A stretch of DNA of 20,990 nt, from IMG/VR virus record IMGVR_UViG_3300025131_000516; one strand, given 5' to 3'. The stretch comes from a virus. Both the position numbers and the translations under genes were made by a program. Positions 1 to 8,946 of this stretch are shown piece after piece; the first letter of the stretch is position 1, and every line of letters starts with the position of its first letter. The notes under the pieces were generated by a model. It was given only the letters and a program-made list of their open reading frames with translations, had not been told where the DNA came from and ran no database searches.

Positions 1-792
1 GATATGACACATTCTGATTTAAGACATAGCTTTGGACTTATGGCAATTACTGCCCATGTGACTGCTAAAGATATTGTAAGGGGTAAGGATAACCAGGCTT
101 TCTCAGAGCTAGACTTTGTAGATAAATCTGAAATGTTGATAAGTGGATTAAATGCAGAAGGTTTTCAAGCCAATCAGTTGGTAAACCAGAATAGGGCTAG
201 AAGAAAGGAAATTTATACAAGAGCTAAAACAAAATCTCAGAGACTTATAGATGCTCATATGAGAGAGTGGGCTTTTGACGGCAAGGCCTTTGACCAGGAT
301 ATGGTAGAGCAAGTTGTAAAATATTTAATAACACCAAGAAGCGTTGAGGGATTTACCACTGTGAATGTAGAAGGTGGCAAACGAATTGATTTTCCTACCT
401 TTAAAATAAATAGAAGGTTATTCACAGAACTATTTGAGTGGATGGATAACAATGGAATGGGATATGTTAGTGAAGGAGATAAAGGATTAACTGGTAGAAT
501 AGTTGAAGAGTGGAATGCTTCTAGTAGAGGTGAAGGCGCTGAGTTTGAAATGGATAGAAAGATGTATAACAAGGGATTTAGCACAGATTATAATGCCTTA
601 AGTACTGAAGATGCTAATATGGCTGGAACATTAGTCGGTTATACTGACCCAATGATTAGAAAATTCTTTGATAATCAAGGTATGATAGTACCAACTAGTA
701 GGGTTGAGTACCAAAATGCAGAGGGAGCAAGAGGTTTTATAAGATTTTTGAAAAGAGGAACTATTGAGAAACCCTGGTGTAAGGGGGGTTAA
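1..792 (+). CDS. C-terminal part of a probable virion structural/internal protein, truncated at the window edge
   Basis: The frame is open from base 1 (GAT ATG ACA...) to TAA at 790-792 and lies co-directional with the 922-aa ORF, 9 nt upstream. No recognisable motif; the product is inferred from position only. Confidence 0.6.
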   Translation, partial: DMTHSDLRHSFGLMAITAHVTAKDIVRGKDNQAFSELDFVDKSEMLISGLNAEGFQANQLVNQNRARRKEIYTRAKTKSQRLIDAHMREWAFDGKAFDQDMVEQVVKYLITPRSVEGFTTVNVEGGKRIDFPTFKINRRLFTELFEWMDNNGMGYVSEGDKGLTGRIVEEWNASSRGEGAEFEMDRKMYNKGFSTDYNALSTEDANMAGTLVGYTDPMIRKFFDNQGMIVPTSRVEYQNAEGARGFIRFLKRGTIEKPWCKGG

Positions 793-801
793 GGAGATAT
801 T

Positions 802-3570
802 ATGGCATTAATTAATGGATGTAATTATATTGGGACACCTGGAGAGAAGAGCTTTGGGGAAAAAAATCATGAGAAGCATTTTGACAATATAACTAAAATT
901 CAAAATAAGTGGAATAGTAGTAAAGCTATACAGGAGTTTCACGGGCCAATGGAGGTATCCTCAAATAGCCATGATTTTGGAGGTTCTTATAGGATGATAG
1001 ATAAAATATTAAGAGCAAGAATTAATCCAATGAAGAGATTTCATCCAGATTTTGTATTATCAGAACATGAAGTTGCTAGGCTGGCGAGAGAAATTGACCA
1101 ATATGAAGCAAGGTTAAGAAAGAAAGGATTTGTTAATCCATTTGAAAATATTATTGGAGTACCTCAAGATATAGTTTCAAGAGACCCACTAGCTCTTGAG
1201 TTCTATGAAAATATAGATAGAGCTGTTGCGTATGAGAGAAATCAAATAGCAAAAGTTAAAAATAGGGGTAGGGTTGTTGCTTCTGCTTTAATGGGTGCTT
1301 ATAAGGACATAGCTAAGGCTGGTATATTTGGCAGTAACATGATAAAGGTTTCCAGTGATATAGCAAGGCTAGAACAAGATATGGCTACAGCTCCCACGGA
1401 GGGCAAAAGAGCTTCTTTGGAGGCTAAGATGAAGCAATTAATGGAATCAGATGACGGTCTTATTATTAGTCAATTTAGAGATTTAATACAAACCTCTAGC
1501 TCTGATGGTTCGTTTACAAAGAAAGCTGCTAATTATCATAATGGAGTTGTAAAAGCCGCTAAAGTTGCTAAAGAATATTTTAAAGAGATGGGACAAGTTC
1601 TTGATAACAGTTTAGATACATTGATAGATAATATCTTACTTTCAAATGGAGTTTCCAGTAGAAAGGATGTATCTTATACGGTAAATAAGAGACTGAAGAA
1701 TCAGGTTGAGAAAATACAGTACGCTCAGAAGGCAATACGAGATAATGATGCATATTACCCACAATATATAATAGAAGATTTAGCCTCACTAAGAAAAAAG
1801 GTTGATTCTATATATGCAAGAAATATAACTGAGTATGATGCGAAGAAATCTAGAATTGGTGAAAAGGAAATAAATGATTTATTGCCGCTCATTGAAGACT
1901 TTGGTCAACATAAGCATTCTAAAAAAAGATTAGAAAATATAGATTTATATTATCAGCAAGACCCTTTGGCAGTGATGAGAACTTATGGATTTGATGTTAT
2001 TACATTTAATAAACAACAAAGACTTAAATCAAGTTATACAAAATTTTTAAGAAAACTTCCAAAAAATAAAAAAATAACTGGTGATTATACTCAGAGTATG
2101 TCTGATTATTTAGAAGATATTTACACTGTGTCTACAAGAGGATATGCAGATAGACCTAAATGGATAAACGATTTAACATATACTATAGGGGCGACAACAG
2201 CTATTAGGACTATGGGTTTAGGGTTTACTGGTTCTGTTAGAAACTTGGCATCTGCTGGGTTCTATTATTCTTATTATGGGCATAAGGCAATGAAAAGTGC
2301 GAAGGAATCACTGCAAAGCAAAGAACTATCAGATATGGTAGATAGCGCTGAAAAGGAAACTGGTTTCGCCTTTAACGAGGCTGAGGGAGCTAGGGAATTA
2401 ATCACTCAAGGTTTATTGCCATCAGAGGGTATAAAGGTTCAAGATATTAAATTTAATGAAGCTACTGGCTCTTTTGAATATAAAGATGGGTCTGGGATTG
2501 GCAAGGTTTTAAAGCAGGGAATGAATTGGACTGTTGACAAGTCTCTAGTATTTCATAGAATTACTGAAAATATGCAAAGAAGATATATGTTCAGAAGGTC
2601 TATGGCTCTCTATTACGATACTATGATTAATAATGGTAACTATATGAAGGGTCTTGAAAGACAATTTGGTTCTAATAGAGCACCTAAGATAATTGAACAA
2701 GACGCTAAGAATTTTGCTCTTAAAGCAGTTAATAGTTGGGCTTATGAATATGCTCCACATGCTAAATCAAAATTTATTAGAGGAGTCCCTGGAGAATTAG
2801 ATTCAGCTGGTAATCCAATATATTCTGGAAAAGTTGCAGCTGGTGCTGTATCTTCTTGGTTTAATATGTTAATGCATTACCCTCATTCATTAATATCTAC
2901 ACAAGCTAAAATGATAAGGGGTGCGAAAGAATCTGTTATGGTTGGGGATTGGACATCTCCTGAGATGATGTATCACTATAGATATGGTGCTATATATGCT
3001 ATGGTTGGATTGTTAAGTGGAATATTTAATGTTAATGCATATAATATTTATGAAAATGATACCATTGAAAAAATAAAAGGGTTGCATGAAACTATAGTTG
3101 ATAGAGATGACACTGATAAAATAACAAGAGGAATTGTAGGTGAGTTCCTCGGGCCATTACCTGATGATATTAGATATGCTTTTGAAGCTTCAGGATTATT
3201 AAATGGAACAAAATCAGACTTATATAAAATAAGCTTTGGTAACCTTGATTATTCTAGAATGACTAAAGACAAGGAAGCAGAATCTAGGTGGTATAAGATT
3301 AATACAATGGCAGGTCAATTACAGTCTAAGATAATACCATCTATAGTAGAGGGAAGAGGATATGATATGATAAGACATCTATTTAAAGCATATCCTTCTG
3401 AAACTACTAAAGAAGTCAATAAGGGATTAAGGTCGATGATTGGTGTTCCAACTAAAGGAAATAAAATGTACGACCCAAGAGCTGATAATAAGACTAAGAT
3501 GAAGAATCTATCTAATATTATACAAAAGCAGAAGTCTCGAACTGACTATGAAAATTTAATAGAATATTAA
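802..3570 (+). CDS. Large (922 aa) helical protein, probable internal virion/DNA-ejection protein
   Basis: Strong RBS AAGGAG just upstream of the ATG; long ORF; last gene of the + strand block. The segment 'AIRTMGLGFTGSVRNLAS' resembles the LG-x-N/S-x-S-A-x-x-N pattern I associate with large podovirus-type internal proteins. The CDS is certain; the function is inference. Confidence 0.55.
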   Translation: MALINGCNYIGTPGEKSFGEKNHEKHFDNITKIQNKWNSSKAIQEFHGPMEVSSNSHDFGGSYRMIDKILRARINPMKRFHPDFVLSEHEVARLAREIDQYEARLRKKGFVNPFENIIGVPQDIVSRDPLALEFYENIDRAVAYERNQIAKVKNRGRVVASALMGAYKDIAKAGIFGSNMIKVSSDIARLEQDMATAPTEGKRASLEAKMKQLMESDDGLIISQFRDLIQTSSSDGSFTKKAANYHNGVVKAAKVAKEYFKEMGQVLDNSLDTLIDNILLSNGVSSRKDVSYTVNKRLKNQVEKIQYAQKAIRDNDAYYPQYIIEDLASLRKKVDSIYARNITEYDAKKSRIGEKEINDLLPLIEDFGQHKHSKKRLENIDLYYQQDPLAVMRTYGFDVITFNKQQRLKSSYTKFLRKLPKNKKITGDYTQSMSDYLEDIYTVSTRGYADRPKWINDLTYTIGATTAIRTMGLGFTGSVRNLASAGFYYSYYGHKAMKSAKESLQSKELSDMVDSAEKETGFAFNEAEGARELITQGLLPSEGIKVQDIKFNEATGSFEYKDGSGIGKVLKQGMNWTVDKSLVFHRITENMQRRYMFRRSMALYYDTMINNGNYMKGLERQFGSNRAPKIIEQDAKNFALKAVNSWAYEYAPHAKSKFIRGVPGELDSAGNPIYSGKVAAGAVSSWFNMLMHYPHSLISTQAKMIRGAKESVMVGDWTSPEMMYHYRYGAIYAMVGLLSGIFNVNAYNIYENDTIEKIKGLHETIVDRDDTDKITRGIVGEFLGPLPDDIRYAFEASGLLNGTKSDLYKISFGNLDYSRMTKDKEAESRWYKINTMAGQLQSKIIPSIVEGRGYDMIRHLFKAYPSETTKEVNKGLRSMIGVPTKGNKMYDPRADNKTKMKNLSNIIQKQKSRTDYENLIEY

Positions 3571-3628
3571 GGGCAATACCCCGATTTACCTTCATCGGTT
3601 AAGGTTCGCGAGCCAAAATATCGCCCTC
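3569..3628. terminator. Structured element at the convergent gene junction, possible bidirectional terminator/processing site
   Basis: Closing inverted repeat AAGGGCAATA (3569-3578) / TATCGCCCTC (3619-3628) around an internal CCGAT/ATCGG hairpin. No clear U-tract on either side. Confidence 0.4.
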
Positions 3629-3646
3629 GTTGTTGAATGGAGATAA

Positions 3647-3829
3647 TCATTCAAATTTAAATGTTTTTGACACTCCTACATCAAGACAAATACTAAAAAA
3701 TGTTATACTTATCCTTATTGACCTAGGTGTAGCTGCGAATGATAATACAAATGGGAAAAATCCTATTGAAAATATATTGTTTGTAAGATGAATCCCTGCG
3801 TATTTATTCCCTAATTTAAAGTTTTTCAT
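3647..3829 (-). CDS. Small hydrophobic hypothetical protein (60 aa, MKNFKLGNK...)
   Basis: ORF track gives 3647..3862. The internal ATG at 3829 overlaps the end of the resolvase gene, as expected for coupling. Rich in F/I/L. Confidence 0.55.
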   Translation of the reverse strand: MKNFKLGNKYAGIHLTNNIFSIGFFPFVLSFAATPRSIRISITFFSICLDVGVSKTFKFE

Positions 3830-4292
3830 AGCCAAAGCCCTTTCTTTTGTAATATTTAGCAATTAAAATAGCATCTGCAGTTGCAAATGTAACGTTGAAC
3901 GTACTTTTAGAATTATTAACATATCTTTGAGCGAATGTTTTTAATTTGTTTTTTCTTTCTTTGCCTTGAACTGTTAATTTATATTCTTTTTGCCATTCTT
4001 TAGGACTAATCTTTATCCACTTTATATTTAGTGTTGATAGGATACCCTCCCAAACACCTAAATTTCTACCAAAAGTAAAAGTTCCCTTAGCTGACGAACC
4101 TCTCAATGCATGAACATCTTCTATCATCCAACATTCTTTAAATCCTTCTACATGACAATGATTTTTAATAGACAGTAATATTTTAGGAAGTTTGTATAGT
4201 TTAGCTGGGAATCTATAAGCATCAATAGTTCTATCTGGCCACACAACTGATATACCACCGTTATAACCAGGGTCTATTCCTATGTATGCTAT
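3816..4292 (-). CDS. RuvC-like Holliday junction resolvase (about 158 aa; N-terminus extended beyond the ORF-track start)
   Basis: The in-frame sequence upstream of the track's GTG reads IAYIGIDPGYNGGISVVWP, supplying the catalytic GIDPG motif. Also present: MIEDVH, FTFGRNLG, SPKEWQK and ADAILIA, all typical of phage RuvC-type resolvases. Confidence 0.85.
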   Translation of the reverse strand: MAYIGIDPGYNGGISVVWPDRTIDAYRFPAKLYKLPKILLSIKNHCHVEGFKECWMIEDVHALRGSSAKGTFTFGRNLGVWEGILSTLNIKWIKISPKEWQKEYKLTVQGKERKNKLKTFAQRYVNNSKSTFNVTFATADAILIAKYYKRKGFGYEKL

Positions 4293-4489
4293 ATCAGTTC
4301 GCCGTGGAATAGGTCTACAATCCTTTCTACAGCTGGGTGATGAGGTATTGATTCAACTTTAGACACTCTATGCTTACATCCTTTCGAGAATACTTCATGA
4401 GGTATACTTTTGGGTCTTGCAAACCACAAACAGTCACCGCGCTGTTGATAGCTACAACCTCGGCAACTGATGTGTTTGCTTATTATCAC
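4289..4489 (-). CDS. Small Cys-containing hypothetical protein (66 aa)
   Basis: GTG start overlaps the DnaB stop (GTGA). CxxC...C...C pattern (CRGC, GDC, GCKH) suggests metal binding. Confidence 0.65.
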   Translation of the reverse strand: MIISKHISCRGCSYQQRGDCLWFARPKSIPHEVFSKGCKHRVSKVESIPHHPAVERIVDLFHGELI

Positions 4490-5802
4490 TTTTTAGATTC
4501 AAGTAAAGCTTTCGATTCTGTATTATAGAATCTACACTTATTCCCATTAAAACCTAAAGTGCTTTCTCCAGTTAATCCATATCTAGATTTAGCAGCTATT
4601 ACGCTAATAGAATATGGACTAAATTTTTCATCATCATACTGGTAGGGATAGTATACGAACAGCGCGGATTCAGCACACTGTTCTATAACTCCACTTTCAG
4701 CAAAATCACTAAGCTTAGGTTTTGGGTCGAATCTTCTTTCTATCTCTCTGTTTAACTGACTTACTAGGATAGCAGAACAGTTTTCCTTTTTACAAATCCA
4801 TTTATAATCATTCATAATCTTTTCCAACTGGAATCTTCGTTCTAAAGAAGCACTCCCAACTGAAATCAATTGAATGTAATCATCTATAATCACATCTGGT
4901 TTAAACTTAGTAATCTCACCGAGGGATTCTTCCAATGAGCGTATATCTTCATACATTACTAAATTGGCATACTTATCACTCACAGTGGATGAAACTCCGT
5001 TTAACAATTTTTCTTCAACTTTTTTAGGAATCACATTTTTTCTTACATCGTCATATGTTATATCTTTAGATTCCATCACTATTACTTTTCTCATCATTTC
5101 AGTATTACTCATTTCACGATTGAATAGCAATACTCGCTTACCATCTTCAACTAATTTTCTAATAAGGTTAACTACAAGAGTAGTTTTGCCATGTCCTGGT
5201 CTGCCGCCTAGTACGGTTATTTCACCTCGCGTCATTCCGCCTGAAAATTCATCTAATGGTTTAAAATTAAAGGGTATCATAGCGTTTCCTTTGATAATCT
5301 TATCTACTGTCTCTTTAATTATCGTACCTATATCCCCATTCCTGGAAGGCAGGAGAGCCCTTAAGTCATCTACATACCTGCCATGTTCTTCTAAGATAAC
5401 ACGAGTAGTGTCTATATTAGAGAAACTTGCGTTATATAGTTTGTAAGCGGTCTTTCCAACTTGTCGTTGAACGAATTTTTCCCAAACCATCTTAGCATGC
5501 TGTTTTGCCATCGCAGCCCCGACAACCTTTTCAGGTAGCCCAGTCATCCAATATGCAGTAACGGCATTATTCTTCTTTTTGGTTTCGTTTAACAGTGTCA
5601 GAGGTTCTATTACTTGTTCAGCTCTTCTAAGTCTTCCCATAGCTCTCCAAGTATGTTTAGTTAAATGGTCATAGAAAGCTTCATCATCTTGTATGATTGC
5701 TGAAACTGCATCATATGTATCCCATCCTCCTAATAGTATAGCACCAAGTACACATTCTTCTGCTTCCATATCGTTTGGGGGAAGTTTGATATCTGTTTTC
5801 AT
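4486..5802 (-). CDS. dnaB: DnaB-family replicative helicase
   Basis: N-terminal 'PPNDMEAEECVLGAILL', Walker A GGRPGHGKT, NREMS, Walker B IIDDYIQL, SQLNR, LSDFAESGVIEQ and KSRYG. Start placed at ATG 5802 (MKTD), which has GGAGG 5 nt upstream. Confidence 0.95.
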   Translation of the reverse strand: MKTDIKLPPNDMEAEECVLGAILLGGWDTYDAVSAIIQDDEAFYDHLTKHTWRAMGRLRRAEQVIEPLTLLNETKKKNNAVTAYWMTGLPEKVVGAAMAKQHAKMVWEKFVQRQVGKTAYKLYNASFSNIDTTRVILEEHGRYVDDLRALLPSRNGDIGTIIKETVDKIIKGNAMIPFNFKPLDEFSGGMTRGEITVLGGRPGHGKTTLVVNLIRKLVEDGKRVLLFNREMSNTEMMRKVIVMESKDITYDDVRKNVIPKKVEEKLLNGVSSTVSDKYANLVMYEDIRSLEESLGEITKFKPDVIIDDYIQLISVGSASLERRFQLEKIMNDYKWICKKENCSAILVSQLNREIERRFDPKPKLSDFAESGVIEQCAESALFVYYPYQYDDEKFSPYSISVIAAKSRYGLTGESTLGFNGNKCRFYNTESKALLESKK

Positions 5803-5803
5803 A

Positions 5804-6634
5804 TTATCCTCCATCGAATAAGGTTTCTTGATAAGCTACTTTGTCATAATTAGTAATAACTAATTCGTTTTTGTATTCTCTTTTTTGCGTTTGACCAGCG
5901 TATTTAACTGGAATAGCCTCTATTACATAATCTTTATAAAGTTCATGGACTTCAGGTTTATCATCATAGCTTACCATAAAATTACCACCACTATCATCTA
6001 TAACTTTACAAATGTTGCGCAAGTCAATATGGTCTTGTTCGCCAAGAGAGTGTATGTAGTAATCATTTCTAGTTCCTGCCACAATATATGGTGGGTCTAA
6101 GTACCAAAAATCTCCTTTATTAGGAGGATACCTATCCACCAATGTTCTGAAATCTAAATTTTCAATTAAAACATCATTAAGATATTTTCTTGAATACTTT
6201 AAATCTTTAATTAAGTTATCAGTATTCCAGTCAGCTGAGTTTTTACTAAATGTCCCTTGAGGATTATTATTAAATGAACAACGAATTAAATAGTAATATC
6301 TAGCTGCTCTTTTAGCGTCTGGTATGACTTCAACTTTTGTGCTTTTAATGTACTCTTTAAGTATTTCATGTAAACTCCTGCTCTTAACATACCAGCTTAT
6401 ATGATGAACAAACTCATCAAATTTTTCAGCTAAAACAGTATATAAGTTTACTACATTTTTATCTAAATCGTTAACTACATTCCACCCTACTTTCTTTTTC
6501 CTAAAGAACATTGAGAGACCCCCAGCAAACATTTCTATGTATTTATCGTGAGCTGGAATCATAGGAACTAGCTTTTGACTTAGATAATATTTTCCACCAT
6601 AATAAGGTATTATTACAGGACAATCTATGTTCAT
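5804..6634 (-). CDS. Dam/D12-class N6-adenine DNA methyltransferase (276 aa)
   Basis: PYYGGKYYL, YIEMFAGGLSMFF (SAM motif I), VVNDLD and catalytic YLDPPY, in alpha-class order. Start at ATG 6634 has a GAGGAG RBS and a TAATG overlap with the upstream gene. Confidence 0.92.
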   Translation of the reverse strand: MNIDCPVIIPYYGGKYYLSQKLVPMIPAHDKYIEMFAGGLSMFFRKKKVGWNVVNDLDKNVVNLYTVLAEKFDEFVHHISWYVKSRSLHEILKEYIKSTKVEVIPDAKRAARYYYLIRCSFNNNPQGTFSKNSADWNTDNLIKDLKYSRKYLNDVLIENLDFRTLVDRYPPNKGDFWYLDPPYIVAGTRNDYYIHSLGEQDHIDLRNICKVIDDSGGNFMVSYDDKPEVHELYKDYVIEAIPVKYAGQTQKREYKNELVITNYDKVAYQETLFDGG

Positions 6635-6855
6635 TATTGCTCCTCTGGTTTCTTTTGACCCCACCACCAGCCGTTACCGTTCTCTTGAAAAAGTTTAGAC
6701 CTTGCTTTTAAATATTCAGGGTCATCAACGTCTCCTTTGAACGGCCAACTGGTTTTATTTTTCCAATCGTAAACAGAACTAAGGTACTTTTTTGGTTTAT
6801 GCTCTCGCTTCTTCATTTGTCCATCTAGTAATGGTTGGAAATATTTGAGATTCAA
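6634..6855 (-). CDS. Hypothetical protein (up to 73 aa; the true start may be ATG 6816)
   Basis: Fills the gap between DUF932 and the methyltransferase; its stop is coupled to the MTase ATG. Confidence 0.65.
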   Translation of the reverse strand: MNLKYFQPLLDGQMKKREHKPKKYLSSVYDWKNKTSWPFKGDVDDPEYLKARSKLFQENGNGWWWGQKKPEEQ

Positions 6856-7573
6856 ATTGATGAGTAGAGTTATAAGCTCTATTCATGTGATGAGTATTAA
6901 CCCATGTAGCAGCATTGATTAAATCCCAATAATTATCTGGATTATGGGACATTAAATACTGAATAAATGGCTCCATTACGTTAGTAGGAATCATTTCTAT
7001 GAGTTTTTGTACGTGGTCTTTATTCACTTTTGTGTCAAGCATTAATGCAAAATCATCTTTGAATACACTTGCAGTTGTTTCAATAGTTTCTGTAATTAAT
7101 TCAGGTAGCTCTGATATTCTAGGGTTATATATTGAGTGCTTATTTGACTTTTTAGACAAGACAACACCAATAACCATCCCATTGGAACATACTAAACGAT
7201 ATGCTCCTGCTTGAATACCTATCTCCCATGAGCCATCATAACTGTTTTTTAACATTATTTCAGGATTTACTATATCATCCTTTGAAACTTTTACTTTAAC
7301 ATTTGGTATTACATATCTCATAATAGAACGCTTACCGTCAGCTAACACTTTTACTTCCCTCTCTACTGCTCCTACTTTTCTTAATGTGTCAATAGACGCA
7401 TCATACAACTGTTGATTGGTTACTAATTGATATTCGTTAGTCATACAACTAAGAATTTCACCAGTATCTTCTCTCATAATGAATTTATATCCTGTGCTAT
7501 CTATTTCTTTTCCATTTTCAGGGATACCAACAGCTGGTACCTCTGTTACTGGAAACAATGCTTTATTTATCAT
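6797..7573 (-). CDS. DUF932-family phage/plasmid protein (258 aa)
   Basis: Characteristic 'LKNSYDGSWEIGIQAGAYRLVCSNGMV' and upstream 'YQLVTNQQL' motifs; GGAG RBS. Confidence 0.85.
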   Translation of the reverse strand: MINKALFPVTEVPAVGIPENGKEIDSTGYKFIMREDTGEILSCMTNEYQLVTNQQLYDASIDTLRKVGAVEREVKVLADGKRSIMRYVIPNVKVKVSKDDIVNPEIMLKNSYDGSWEIGIQAGAYRLVCSNGMVIGVVLSKKSNKHSIYNPRISELPELITETIETTASVFKDDFALMLDTKVNKDHVQKLIEMIPTNVMEPFIQYLMSHNPDNYWDLINAATWVNTHHMNRAYNSTHQFESQIFPTITRWTNEEARA

Positions 7574-7961
7574 ACCCCAACTCCTTCCTTTTTATTTTAA
7601 GTGATTTGGGTGTTTTACCTAATTTTTTTAACTCTGCTTTTTCTAATGCTTTTCTATCTTTAGCATGATTTTGGATAATCGCTCTTAAGAAAGCGAATCC
7701 CTTTGCTGACAGATGCATATTACTGCTTATATATACTTTTATACCCCACAGTATGACCTTATTCTCGATATCTTTTAATCCCCATAAGAACTTGTGGGTT
7801 TTATCATCTGTGTCCTCTGAGGGGATATTTTCTCTTATTAATCCAATAACTTTCTTTAATGTTTTCTTTGTATCTTTATCTCTTTGAAATAATAAGTCTC
7901 TTATTTGTGTTGCTTTTGGATATCTATTGTATTTAAAACCACACGCTGGACATTTATCCAT
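7563..7961 (-). CDS. Hypothetical protein with N-terminal CPAC knuckle (132 aa), possibly replication-initiation related
   Basis: ATG 7961 (MDKCPACG) overlaps the upstream stop. The C-terminal 'KGFAFLRAIIQN' loosely resembles the DnaD-like Y/F-x-x-x-I-L motif (weak). Confidence 0.6.
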   Translation of the reverse strand: MDKCPACGFKYNRYPKATQIRDLLFQRDKDTKKTLKKVIGLIRENIPSEDTDDKTHKFLWGLKDIENKVILWGIKVYISSNMHLSAKGFAFLRAIIQNHAKDRKALEKAELKKLGKTPKSLKIKRKELGYDK

Positions 7962-8124
7962 TTTTTTCTTTTTTCTTTTCATCTTCCTTAATTTCATTAG
8001 CAGCTTTTAAGAATTCTTTTGCAGCATAATCTGGTTTTTTAAATCCTTTTCCTGCTAAAAACTCTATTAAGCCCTTCTCATCTTGCGTATCTACTAAATG
8101 CGCTAACCAAGACATTTGTCCCAT
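7954..8124 (-). CDS. Small hypothetical protein (56 aa, MGQMSW...)
   Basis: AAAGGAGG RBS before ATG 8124. Confidence 0.7.
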   Translation of the reverse strand: MGQMSWLAHLVDTQDEKGLIEFLAGKGFKKPDYAAKEFLKAANEIKEDEKKKEKNG

Positions 8125-8134
8125 AATTCCTCCT

Positions 8135-8371
8135 TTAAACAATTATAATCTTTGCATCTTCTTTTATAACCTTAGAAACTAGCTGTGTTATTCTTTTTTC
8201 AGCCTTCATTAATTTTTCACTGGGCATGATTGCCCAGTCAATAGAAACGACTTCTCCCATTTCATTATTCCAATTTACTTGAAAAGGATAATTTTTTCCC
8301 GTTATTTCTACCTCTCCCTCGTATCTATAAATGATAGGTTCTTGAAAATCTAATGTTACTCTCATACTCAT
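8135..8371 (-). CDS. Hypothetical protein (78 aa, MSMRVTLDF...)
   Basis: ATG 8371 is coupled (TAATG) to the stop of the 31-aa upstream ORF, so the longer track start at 8437 is unlikely. Confidence 0.7.
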   Translation of the reverse strand: MSMRVTLDFQEPIIYRYEGEVEITGKNYPFQVNWNNEMGEVVSIDWAIMPSEKLMKAEKRITQLVSKVIKEDAKIIIV

Positions 8372-8466
8372 TAATATTCCTTCCTTGCTTCTTTTAAAAG
8401 TTCTTCTAATTTTTTCCATATAAGAACAAGAAACCATACTTGTGCTATATCTAATAATATACTCAT
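8371..8466 (-). CDS. 31-aa putative single-pass membrane peptide MSILLDIAQVWFLVLIWKKLEELLKEARKEY (not in ORF track)
   Basis: GGAGGT 6 nt before the ATG; ATGA overlap upstream and TAATG overlap downstream; hydrophobic stretch followed by a charged tail. Confidence 0.75.
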   Translation of the reverse strand: MSILLDIAQVWFLVLIWKKLEELLKEARKEY

Positions 8467-8759
8467 TTTAGTACCTCCGTTTTATTCCCTAGCAATTGCT
8501 TGCCTAAATAATAATTAACATCTTCCTTTGCCATTTTAATATCAAGTACAATAACTTTTGTACCCATATTCCCAGTCTCTATTTTAATACCTTTTAAACG
8601 GCCTGTGTTAAAGTATTCCCCATCTTCCACATCTTCCAAATACATATGATTACGAGATGGTATAGCCTTAAAGCCATTCTTTAAGGCCTTCTTTACCATT
8701 CTATCAATCACATGTTTCGCAGTCAATATTCCTGAGTTTTTCTTCTTTTTTCTTATCAT
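8463..8759 (-). CDS. Hypothetical protein (98 aa)
   Basis: ORF in the continuous - strand operon, coupled to the downstream gene. Confidence 0.7.
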   Translation of the reverse strand: MIRKKKKNSGILTAKHVIDRMVKKALKNGFKAIPSRNHMYLEDVEDGEYFNTGRLKGIKIETGNMGTKVIVLDIKMAKEDVNYYLGKQLLGNKTEVLK

Positions 8760-8946
8760 TTATAATATTCCTTCTTTCTTCTTGAATACCGTCTCTTATT
8801 TTTTCTAAATCTTTCAATAAAGCTTTATAAGGTTTTTTCCATTCAGGTTCTACAGGCAACCTAATCGTTTTGATGGCATTAAGAGACCATATTAAACATT
8901 TAAGTTCAGATTCAGTCGCTTTTATTGTCACTATTGCTTCGTTCAT
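8704..8946 (-). CDS. Hypothetical protein (80 aa, MNEAIV...)
   Basis: GGAG 7 nt before ATG 8946; coiled-coil-like C-terminus. Confidence 0.65.
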   Translation of the reverse strand: MNEAIVTIKATESELKCLIWSLNAIKTIRLPVEPEWKKPYKALLKDLEKIRDGIQEERRNIINDKKKEEKLRNIDCETCD

